A stretch of 25,143 bases of DNA from a virus (Duplodnaviria > Caudoviricetes). Below are positions 16,506 through 24,318 of this stretch, one piece after another. The stretch spans positions 1 through 25,143 of IMG/VR virus record IMGVR_UViG_3300010361_000037; one strand, written 5' to 3'. Made by a program: the position numbers and the translations under genes. Below the pieces are notes generated by a model. That model worked only from the letters and a program-made list of their open reading frames with translations, had not been told where the DNA came from and did not search any database. Numbering within the stretch: position 1 is the stretch's first letter; the number at the start of each line of letters is the position of its first letter.

Positions 16506-16644
16506 GGGACCAGCACGGTACCATCGTGGTTCCAGCCTGGTGCCGAGATCACGATCAGATCTAACTAGGCGTCCTGGTACCTGCTATGGGTTACCCCGGG
16601 CAGCCGCAAGTTTTACTTAAATATCCCGGTAATGCGCGTTACCG
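16506..16644. promoter_or_regulatory. Early control region with phased GGTACC-like hexamers and a palindromic operator
   Basis: GGGACC/GGTACC/GGTTCC/GGTGCC at 16506, 16517, 16528, 16539; CGGTAAT-N4-GTTACCG at 16627. Confidence 0.5.
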
Positions 16645-16658
16645 TAACCCAGCCAAAT

Positions 16659-17651
16659 CTAACTATGGGAATTCTTACAAATCGGCGACGGGCGGCAGCC
16701 GAAGGCGTGGCCCGCCAGCACGTCGACGACCCCCTGGCGGTGCTCGTCGGCCATGGCCCAGTGCTTCTTCTGCGAGTCCCACCGGATCACTCCGTTATGG
16801 TGCAGCCTTCTTAGCTCCAGCCGGGCTCCGTGCCCGCTTCTGCGGGTGGCTTCCTCGAGCCCCATGCGCCGCTCGAGCGTCAGCGCCTGGTGGGGGCCGT
16901 TGAGGAGCAGCCCGAGGGCGGTACTGATCCAGGGCGGGATCGAGTCCCTGGCCACGCGCGCCATCGCCCGGTGGTCCTCGGCTTCGGTTTGCCTGCGGCC
17001 GTACAGGCAGGCGTGGCGCACCCCCAGTATGGCGAAGGTTCTGAGCAGCGTCTCCCAGTCGGGATACCACGGCGCCAGGCGCTGGATCAGCTCCAGGTGA
17101 TAGAGAAAGTTCGGCGGCTCTTTAAACGCGGGCGGATCGGGGGGCCGCGCCCCCACTCGGTCCTCGAGCACGCCGCGCGCCAGCGCCGAGAGCTGATCCT
17201 GCCGCCGCTCCTCCTCGCGTTCGTCGAGCGCGCGCAGCCCGTGGCCCACCCGGTTAGAGTGCGTGCGCAGGCGCAGCGAGCGCTGCAACAGGTACTGGGC
17301 ATTGGTGAGACGGTGGAAGCGGGGATAGCGCTCGAAGTCCGGCTCGATGAAGAGCCGCTCTTCCCCGGCCGCGTCCAGCCACTCCACCGTCAACGCCTCG
17401 ATCATGCGCCAGGGCGAGCGCGCGCGCAGCTGCGGCAGCGAATACGGCAGCCACTGCTCGCCGAAGCTGAACCAGGCCTCCCGGCACTCCCTCGAATACC
17501 AGTTGGTTTCGAGAATCAGCCATACCCCCGGCGTGCGCGGGCAGGGGACCAGCGCGGAGAGCAGGATGTCGATGGCCGCCCGGTCCTCCACTGCCCAGTC
17601 GCGCGAGAGCTGGTGCGCCACCTCGTCGATGCGCGCGCCCCAGTCCAGCAT
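16659..17651 (-). CDS. Hypothetical protein resembling a degenerate MCM/MoxR-type AAA+ protein with C-terminal winged helix
   Basis: HACLYGRRQTEAEDHRAMARVARDSIP resembles the AAA+ lid; VWLILE is not followed by a P-loop. Confidence 0.6.
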   Translation of the reverse strand: MLDWGARIDEVAHQLSRDWAVEDRAAIDILLSALVPCPRTPGVWLILETNWYSRECREAWFSFGEQWLPYSLPQLRARSPWRMIEALTVEWLDAAGEERLFIEPDFERYPRFHRLTNAQYLLQRSLRLRTHSNRVGHGLRALDEREEERRQDQLSALARGVLEDRVGARPPDPPAFKEPPNFLYHLELIQRLAPWYPDWETLLRTFAILGVRHACLYGRRQTEAEDHRAMARVARDSIPPWISTALGLLLNGPHQALTLERRMGLEEATRRSGHGARLELRRLHHNGVIRWDSQKKHWAMADEHRQGVVDVLAGHAFGCRPSPICKNSHS

Positions 17652-17660
17652 CCGGCTACG

Positions 17661-18215
17661 CTACTTTTTTGGCCCTGCCTCGGGCGGATGGGGCGGAGGC
17701 GGAACCACCACCCAGCCCACTCCGCGCCAGAATTGCAAGGTCCATCCCGAATCGCCGATGGGGACGATGGGCGGTCCCTGATCGGGCCTTTCAGGCGGCG
17801 GCGGCGGCGGCGGTTGCGGCCAGATGACGGCGGGCGGTTGAGGCGGCGAAGGCCAGATGCCGGGAGGAGTGCCGGGGGCGGGCGGAGTCGGCCAGACACC
17901 AGGCGGCTGCGGCCAGACGCCGGGGGGCGGCCCGGGCCAGATACCGGGGGGAGTTCCGGGCGGGGGCGGACTGGGCCAGACTCCTACCGGCGGCGGAATG
18001 ATCGGGCCTCCGCCGACAGAGGGCGGCGGGGACGGCCAGACGCCGGGGGGCTGAGTTGGCGGGTAATAGATCGGCGGTGTGACCACTCCGGCCGGAGGCC
18101 AGATGCCGGGAGGAGTGCCGGTGGGCGGGGACGGCCAGATGCCGACCGGCGGGGACGGCCAGATACCGGGCGGCAGGCCACCGCCGACGGGAATAACGAT
18201 GCAGAGTGTTGCCAA
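17661..18215 (-). CDS. Proline-rich PG[IV]WP repeat protein
   Basis: TTG start after AAAGGAG; nine G[IV]WP units plus one VIWP. Confidence 0.75.
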   Translation of the reverse strand: MATLCIVIPVGGGLPPGIWPSPPVGIWPSPPTGTPPGIWPPAGVVTPPIYYPPTQPPGVWPSPPPSVGGGPIIPPPVGVWPSPPPPGTPPGIWPGPPPGVWPQPPGVWPTPPAPGTPPGIWPSPPQPPAVIWPQPPPPPPPERPDQGPPIVPIGDSGWTLQFWRGVGWVVVPPPPHPPEAGPKK

Positions 18216-18335
18216 TGCTTAGAACTCCTTTCGCGGCCATCTTACTACTACATTTGTAGAAAACAATGACAAAACACCCCCAAGCACCCCCTCCACTGCC
18301 GGTTTTGGCCCCGATCGGCGTATACTGGGGCGCAT

Positions 18336-18917
18336 ATGCCGCTGCCCTCGATGCTCTGCTATAACGAGCTGGACGGAAGCGAGGTGGGCCACATCCTGGA
18401 GCGGCGCTTCGAGCAGGTCATGCAATCGGTTCCGTATTTTCAGCGGCACATCACCTTGCCGCGCGTGCGCATGACGCTTCAAGTGAAGCTTGAAATCTGG
18501 GCCGACCAGCCTGCCCCCGAAACCCTGAACATCGGCGACACCCTTACCGTGGTGCTGGACGAGCCGGTTCTGGATACGATCACGGCCGAATCGGTGGACT
18601 CGACCGCGCCCGGCAGCGGCCATCCGCCGGACCAGCTGCGCGAGATGCACGGCCTGCCGGTCTCCCAGCCCGCGCGCGGCGCGCGCGAAATCGGCGGCCA
18701 GGTGGCCATCGGCGACCAGTATCCTGCGCCGGGTGCTGGCCTCGAGGGCCGCGAAGTCGAAGGCCTGCCCGGGCTCAAGATCAGCCGCACCGGCAGCGGG
18801 GTGATTGACGGCCTGCCCACGGCCCGTGGGGCCACCGTGGCCCTGATCGACCAGGGGCCCGCCGGCCTGCGCGCCAACGAGATGAACCGCGAAGCCTGGC
18901 GCTTCGGGAGGAAGTGA
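18336..18917 (+). CDS. Hypothetical protein, first gene of the late operon
   Basis: TATACT at 18321-18326; strong GC3 bias. Confidence 0.75.
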   Translation: MPLPSMLCYNELDGSEVGHILERRFEQVMQSVPYFQRHITLPRVRMTLQVKLEIWADQPAPETLNIGDTLTVVLDEPVLDTITAESVDSTAPGSGHPPDQLREMHGLPVSQPARGAREIGGQVAIGDQYPAPGAGLEGREVEGLPGLKISRTGSGVIDGLPTARGATVALIDQGPAGLRANEMNREAWRFGRK

Positions 18918-19201
18918 TGGAAGTCGGCAGCATCGTGCGCTTCAGCGTGCCCGGGTCCTATGAGACCGAGGGGCAGGCGCGCATCGTCCCGGCGATCGTC
19001 ATCAGCCAGTGGCCCGACGGCAGCCTGGAGCTGTTTGCCTTCAATTTCGCGGGCCCCTATCTCATCCATGCCAAGCCGCCCGGGGAAGTCGAGGTGGTCA
19101 TGAGCCGCGCCGAGTTCGACGCCATCCACCGCCGCCTGGCGCAAATTGAGAAGGTCCCCCGGGAAGATTCCAGGTTTGCGCTCGCCGATGACCCTCGTTG
19201 A
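18917..19201 (+). CDS. Hypothetical protein (94 aa)
   Basis: GGAGG SD; TGATG overlap with the upstream stop. Confidence 0.75.
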   Translation: MEVGSIVRFSVPGSYETEGQARIVPAIVISQWPDGSLELFAFNFAGPYLIHAKPPGEVEVVMSRAEFDAIHRRLAQIEKVPREDSRFALADDPR

Positions 19202-19571
19202 ACTGCATGTCGATCTCAGCCGCACCGCCGACGCGCTGGAGCGGATCGCCTTCCTGCTCGAGCAGCTGGCCTTTCCGCCAAAGGCGCAAGCTGCGCCCGT
19301 CATTCAGGCCACGGTCGACGACTTGCATACCGTAAGCCCGGAAGATTACGCTTCCATGCGCGCGGAGCAGATGGCCTTCGCCGAGCGCTACCGGGTAGTC
19401 CCGGGAAGCGAAGCCTTCGCGCGCGAGCTGGCCGCCTGGGAGCAGGAGCAAAGGAGTCTGCATGGAGAAGCATGGCAAGCGCCCGACTGGGCGGCGGTCT
19501 TTGCCGCCACCCAAGGACCCGTTCGAGAACCAGCCGACCAGCCTGCCGTCCCCGCCGGTGAACGTCAGTGA
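19188..19571 (+). CDS. Hypothetical protein (127 aa)
   Basis: ATG 19188 overlaps the previous gene end; GC3 bias. Confidence 0.7.
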   Translation: MTLVELHVDLSRTADALERIAFLLEQLAFPPKAQAAPVIQATVDDLHTVSPEDYASMRAEQMAFAERYRVVPGSEAFARELAAWEQEQRSLHGEAWQAPDWAAVFAATQGPVREPADQPAVPAGERQ

Positions 19572-20151
19572 GCCCAAGCAGCCGAAGCTGGCGCCGTCCA
19601 GCCGCAGTCCGCTTTCGGTCGCCTTCCGCCACATCCGGCCCGACTGGCGGCGCTATGTCGAGTTTGTCGATCTGGCGGCGCGCAAGGGCGATGCCGCCAT
19701 GGCGCGCTACCGCGACTGCTACCAGGCGCTCGCCCCGCTCGACAAAATCCGCGCCTGGCCGGAGCAGGTCTGCGACCTGGCCAACGTCAGCCCGGGCGAA
19801 TTGGTGGGCGCGGTCTGCCGCGCCATCTGGGAGTCGAAGGCCGCCGAAAGCTCGATGGTCAGCTCCATCGCTCATCCTGAGCTATTGCTGGACACGATCA
19901 AGTTCGCGCGCAAGGAAGAGAACTACCGCGACCGCGAGTTGTACTTCCGCATGATGGGCAGCCTGCCCGACCGCAAGGGCGCCAGCATCAACATCTTCAA
20001 TCAGGCCGCAGGCCAGGTGGGCGAGCTGCCGGATCTGACGCGCGCCAAGTTGCGCAGCTTCGACGAGGAAGTGATCGAGATGAGCCGGGATCTGGAAAGC
20101 CCCGATCCGCCGTTTCTGGTGAAGCCGGATGTTCCATCCCAAGATCATTAA
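19558..20151 (+). CDS. Candidate terminase small subunit (start uncertain: 19462 or 19558)
   Basis: Helical protein directly upstream of and overlapping TerL; C-terminal SINIFNQ strand; the call rests on position. Confidence 0.5.
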   Translation: MNVSEPKQPKLAPSSRSPLSVAFRHIRPDWRRYVEFVDLAARKGDAAMARYRDCYQALAPLDKIRAWPEQVCDLANVSPGELVGAVCRAIWESKAAESSMVSSIAHPELLLDTIKFARKEENYRDRELYFRMMGSLPDRKGASINIFNQAAGQVGELPDLTRAKLRSFDEEVIEMSRDLESPDPPFLVKPDVPSQDH

Positions 20152-22309
20152 CCGCACCCTCGAGCGCTGGGCGGCGAAATCGGGGAACTTCAGCCCCGAA
20201 TATCACAGCGTGCTCGAGGCCGAGCGCATTGCGGCGCATTTCAATGCCCTGGTCGAGCCCGATCCCGACGGCGGGCTGGTCAGCCTGCGCGCCCCCGGCA
20301 AGGACTGGCGCGAGACCCTGGAACCCGATGAAATCCGCCTGATCCGCAACGAGACCATCCTCTGCCGCGCGGATTTCTCTTACTTCGTTTCGCGCTACGC
20401 CTGGATCAAATCCGACGAGGACCGGGTGGTGAGGATGGAGCCGTGGGTGTCGCAGCAGATCTTCCTGTCGATCCTGGCCGAGATGCAGGAGCAGGAAGTC
20501 TGCCTGATGTTGATCATCCTCAAGGCCCGCCAATTAGGCCTGAGCCGCATCATCTCGCTGATCCTGCTGCACGCCGTGCTCTTCTTCGCCCACACCAATG
20601 CCTTCCTCGCCTCGAGCACCGAGGACAAGACCGGCCTCTTGTTCGACATGCTCGATTTCGTGCTCGAGAGGCTGCCGTTCTGGATGCGGCCGGGCGAGAA
20701 GTACCGCCGCGAAAACAAGTTTCTCGAATTGATGAACGGCAGCGCGCTCACCCTGCAGCACGGCCAGCAGTCCACCGGCATCGCGCGCGGCACCACGCCC
20801 ACCAAGTGCCATATCTCCGAGTTGAGCGAGTTCGACGAATTCAAAGTATCGGATTTGATCGACAGCTCGCTGTTGCGGGCCATGCACGACTCGCCGCAAA
20901 CTTTCCTCGCCCTGGAAAGCACGGCCAAGGGGATGAACAACTGGTGGAACGACAAGTGGAACAGCGCGGTGGCCGGATGGCCGGAGCGCCGCTCGCGCCT
21001 CAGGCCGCTGTTTTTGCCCTGGTTCGTCGGCGGGCTGTATCCCAAGCAGCACTGGCTGCGCGCGCACCCGGTGCCCCCCGATTACGCCTCGCGCATGCTG
21101 CCCTGGGCCGCCGCCCACGCCGAGGGCGCCGAGCAGTATGTGCGCAAGACCGAATATCTCTACCAGCGCCTCTCTCGAGATTGGGTCATGCCCATCGAGC
21201 AGGTCTGGTATTACGAGTGCGAAAGAGACGCGGCCATCCGCGAACGGCGGCTGAATAAATTCCTGCAGGAGATGCCCGCCAACCCGGATGAGGCCTTTCA
21301 GTCCACGTCCATCAGCGTGTTCGACAACGAGACCCTGGTCTTCTACCGCGACAACGCGCACTCGCAGGAGCTGCTCGGCGCCTACGGCCTGGTGGGAGCC
21401 GCCGAGGTGGTCAATCCGCGCCTGCAGCCGCCGGAGCTATTGCGCAACCCCAACCTCGCGCCCATCACCGTGCGCAGCGAGCGCGCCACCGGCTACCCGG
21501 TCCAGTTCGATTTGGTGCCCCTGCGCTTCGACGGCTGGCCGCTCGAAAGCGGGACCGACAAGATCTACATCTGGGAGATGCCGGTGGCGGGCGAGGTCTA
21601 CGGCATCGGCATGGACACCAGCGATGGAATAGAAAAGGACCGCACCGTGCTCGAGGGCCTGCGCAAGGGCAGTATCAATGGGCCGACCAAGCAGGTCTTT
21701 GAGTATGCCTCGGGCAAGATGAATGCCTTGGATTCATGGCCGTTCGCGCTCGCTCTGGGCACGCTCTACTCGGTGCCCGATTCCACCGGCATGCTGCAGC
21801 AGCCGCGCATGGCGATCGAGTGCAAGGGCCACGGCGATCTGGCGCAGAACCTGATCCGGCAGATGGGATGGACAAATTTTCACCCCTGGAATGACAAACA
21901 GCTCGACAACCGCGCGCCCAAGCTCTCCCACTTCCACAAGATCGGCGTCTACACCACCAGCTGGTTCAGGGACGGCATGATCGAGATGCTGGTCAAGATG
22001 CTGCGCGACGGCGACATCGAGATCTGCTCGCCGTTTTTCGTGCAGGAGATGGCCTCGCTCCAAGGTGACCAGTTCGTGCAGAGCTTGAAGGCCGGCTACG
22101 GCGGCTTCGACGACCGCATCATGGCCTTCGGCTTCATCCTGGTCTCGCTCTACAAGTGGGACGCCGATTATTTCCGCAGCGCTAAGATCGCCGCCTACAG
22201 CGGGCGCAATCCGCTGGCCCGTGGGGAGGTCAAGCGCCAGTACGCGCAGTGGGTCTACAGCGCTCAGGAGCGCAGTGACATGGGAATCTATGAAAAGCGG
22301 GAGTATTAA
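20129..22309 (+). CDS. terL: Terminase large subunit
   Basis: Walker A IILKARQLGLS; Walker B CHISE; coupling motif LESTAKG; LFLPWF; nuclease GIGMDTSDG, AIE, DDRIMA. Confidence 0.93.
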   Translation: MFHPKIINRTLERWAAKSGNFSPEYHSVLEAERIAAHFNALVEPDPDGGLVSLRAPGKDWRETLEPDEIRLIRNETILCRADFSYFVSRYAWIKSDEDRVVRMEPWVSQQIFLSILAEMQEQEVCLMLIILKARQLGLSRIISLILLHAVLFFAHTNAFLASSTEDKTGLLFDMLDFVLERLPFWMRPGEKYRRENKFLELMNGSALTLQHGQQSTGIARGTTPTKCHISELSEFDEFKVSDLIDSSLLRAMHDSPQTFLALESTAKGMNNWWNDKWNSAVAGWPERRSRLRPLFLPWFVGGLYPKQHWLRAHPVPPDYASRMLPWAAAHAEGAEQYVRKTEYLYQRLSRDWVMPIEQVWYYECERDAAIRERRLNKFLQEMPANPDEAFQSTSISVFDNETLVFYRDNAHSQELLGAYGLVGAAEVVNPRLQPPELLRNPNLAPITVRSERATGYPVQFDLVPLRFDGWPLESGTDKIYIWEMPVAGEVYGIGMDTSDGIEKDRTVLEGLRKGSINGPTKQVFEYASGKMNALDSWPFALALGTLYSVPDSTGMLQQPRMAIECKGHGDLAQNLIRQMGWTNFHPWNDKQLDNRAPKLSHFHKIGVYTTSWFRDGMIEMLVKMLRDGDIEICSPFFVQEMASLQGDQFVQSLKAGYGGFDDRIMAFGFILVSLYKWDADYFRSAKIAAYSGRNPLARGEVKRQYAQWVYSAQERSDMGIYEKREY

Positions 22310-22517
22310 GTGGCCTCGCACCTGGCGGGGTTGGAGGAACCTCGTCCTGCTCACCTTGCGTCGGTGTCCAAGGTGCAAGCAGCGACTGCTGCGCGACTTT
22401 CCTCAATACGATGACGGAGATACCGTCTATTGCTTACATTGCGACGGCCTTATCCTGCCCAGAGGATTGATCCGGACACTCATCTGGAATGCGGCCGCAC
22501 GGGAAGGGAAGGATTAA
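22290..22517 (+). CDS. Small Zn-ribbon protein (75 aa)
   Basis: CPRC...CLHC; overlaps the TerL end. Confidence 0.6.
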   Translation: MKSGSIKWPRTWRGWRNLVLLTLRRCPRCKQRLLRDFPQYDDGDTVYCLHCDGLILPRGLIRTLIWNAAAREGKD

Positions 22518-22526
22518 ACTGATCGC

Positions 22527-22772
22527 ATGCCAGTCGCCCAGTCCAGCCATCTCCAGTCATACGACTACGACACCAACAGCCAGACCCTGACGGTGGAGTT
22601 TACCAACGGCACCGTCTATCAGTACCCGGGCGTGTCGCTCGAAGATTTCAACCGGCTGGCCCAGAGCGGAGGCGGGGGCACCGCCTTCTGGGCTTTCATC
22701 CGCAATAAATATACCGGCGCCAAGGTGGCCGATACGCGTAGGAGGAACCAGGGTGACCACCACGCGGTGTGA
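22527..22772 (+). CDS. KTSC-domain protein
   Basis: SSHLQSYDYD..SQTLTVEFTNGTVYQYPGV...F..L..S...G..F..FIRNKY. Confidence 0.9.
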   Translation: MPVAQSSHLQSYDYDTNSQTLTVEFTNGTVYQYPGVSLEDFNRLAQSGGGGTAFWAFIRNKYTGAKVADTRRRNQGDHHAV

Positions 22773-23283
22773 TCGCTTTCGGTTACCGAAGACTCAATTA
22801 TTCGGCCAAGTTTTTGACCGATTGACCGTCATCGCTTACGCCGGAAGAAAATCTTTTCTCACTCACAGGACACCGCAATGGCTTTGCCAATGTCGATGCG
22901 GCAAGTACACTGTAGTTGCAACTCATTCTCTCAAGTCCGGTCATAGCCGGGGATGTGGTTGCAGTCGTTATTTTAGTAGAACTAGGCATGGTCACGCCAA
23001 ACGCGCCAAGGGATTAAAGCCGAGTTCTGAATACGTGTGTTGGCTGGCAATGAAGACCCGTTGCTACAATCTCAAATGCAATGCGTATTCGTTTTACGGA
23101 GGACGTGGTATTCGTGTTTGCGATCGATGGCTTGAATCGTTCGATAATTTCATTGCGGATATGGGTTTAAAACCAGATCCTTCATATTCGCTAGACCGAA
23201 AAGATTGTAATGGTGATTACGAACCAAACAATTGCCAATGGGCCACGGTCGCTGAGCAGGCATGTAATACAGGGCCGAAATAG
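22753..23283 (+). CDS. HNH-type homing endonuclease-like protein lacking its usual C-terminal domain
   Basis: WLCQCRCG, LKSGHSRGCGC, WLAMKTRCYN, YGGRGIRVCDRW, SLDRKDCNGDYEPNNCQWAT..EQ; low GC. Confidence 0.85.
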   Translation: MTTTRCDRFRLPKTQLFGQVFDRLTVIAYAGRKSFLTHRTPQWLCQCRCGKYTVVATHSLKSGHSRGCGCSRYFSRTRHGHAKRAKGLKPSSEYVCWLAMKTRCYNLKCNAYSFYGGRGIRVCDRWLESFDNFIADMGLKPDPSYSLDRKDCNGDYEPNNCQWATVAEQACNTGPK

Positions 23284-23286
23284 GAA

Positions 23287-23550
23287 ATGGGCACTGAATG
23301 GACAACGAAGCAGCGCGACGATCTGACCACATGCCCGTTCTGTGCGACGGCGGCGATTGAGCAGGGGCGGATGGCTGAAAGTGACACCACTACGCAATGG
23401 CGGATTCAATGTGGCAACCCGTTCTGCGAAGTGGTCTGCCAGACCCGGATATTCGCTGCATTGTCGGACGCGGAACGTGCTTGGCAGGAAAGGTACGCCA
23501 ATGTGGGCATGGGCATCATTGGCAGACAGCCATCCACAGGGCGAAGTTAA
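23287..23550 (+). CDS. Lar-like (restriction alleviation family) Zn-finger protein
   Basis: LTTCPFC...WRIQCGNPFC...AERAWQER. Confidence 0.65.
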   Translation: MGTEWTTKQRDDLTTCPFCATAAIEQGRMAESDTTTQWRIQCGNPFCEVVCQTRIFAALSDAERAWQERYANVGMGIIGRQPSTGRS

Positions 23551-23690
23551 CCTTCGGATCAGAAACTCTATCCCTTACGGATTGGGCTAGAAAATTGAAG
23601 GTTCATAAAAGGACGATTAGCGCGAGGTTAGCTAAAGGGATGTCAGTTGCTGAAGCTCTGGCTGATGCGGTACAGGTACGAAGGGCTTAA
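23538..23690 (+). pseudogene. Detached C-terminal HTH segment of the HNH gene
   Basis: RAKLTFGSETLSLTDWARKLKVHKRTISARLAKGMSVAEAL matches the tail normally following the EQxxN motif in this family. Confidence 0.7.
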
Positions 23691-24221
23691 ATGACAACCA
23701 CGTGCAATCAGTGCGGGCACGAGATCGAGTTCGGCCAATGGGCCTTCTGTCCGCATAGCGCACTTTCCACACGTAATGCGCGCCGCTGGGAACCGATCGT
23801 GGTATGGCAGGCGGTCGGCGATCCCGATCACTACTCGTTTCCCGGTCAGGCCGATGAGCCATGTCCCCAAGGCTACCGGAAGATCGAGTTGACCAATCTA
23901 AGCGAAGCCGACAGATTTGTGTCACGCATGAACGCGATCGAGCGCCGCAAAATGGAACGGGCGCGCGATCTCAACTACCAGGCGCTGGATGAGCAGACCA
24001 GGGAGCGGAGGGCGGACATGCTGGCGCGCATTCGCGGCAACCCGCGTGCCGAGGCTCTCTTCCGGGCGGCGCGCGAGTGGGCCGATCGGCGCCGGGAAGA
24101 AAAGCGCAGCCGCCAGCGCAACCTTGATCCGCGCTTCCACTCCCAGGTGCTCTCCTTCGACAGCGGCCACCGCAATTCCTACTCCGGCCCTGAGACCGGA
24201 TGGAAGGAGCGCAAGGTATAA
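23691..24221 (+). CDS. Hypothetical protein with N-terminal Zn ribbon (176 aa)
   Basis: CNQC...FCPH; GC3 bias returns; lies before the portal-like gene. Confidence 0.75.
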   Translation: MTTTCNQCGHEIEFGQWAFCPHSALSTRNARRWEPIVVWQAVGDPDHYSFPGQADEPCPQGYRKIELTNLSEADRFVSRMNAIERRKMERARDLNYQALDEQTRERRADMLARIRGNPRAEALFRAAREWADRRREEKRSRQRNLDPRFHSQVLSFDSGHRNSYSGPETGWKERKV

Positions 24222-24318
24222 TTACGGTACCCTACCATAGCTGTCTGTCGATCAGCCTGCCGGGCCTTCTGCAACCTTCTGCAACCTCCGGCAGGCTTCC
24301 ACCGCGTAGAATACCCAT

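Noticed and set aside
16830-18269. 479-aa plus-strand ORF (likewise 15138-16193 and 20534-21361)
   Set aside because: Antisense shadows of GC-rich genes with no operon context, unlike 12091-13545
20129-22309. Intein or intron in the long TerL
   Set aside because: No C...HN-[CST] splice motifs or LAGLIDADG blocks seen; frame and codon bias are continuous
23281-23289. Genome-wide TAG recoding fusing the HNH and Lar-like ORFs
   Set aside because: TAG ends other well-bounded genes (7734, 10279, 17661) and long genes have no internal TAG
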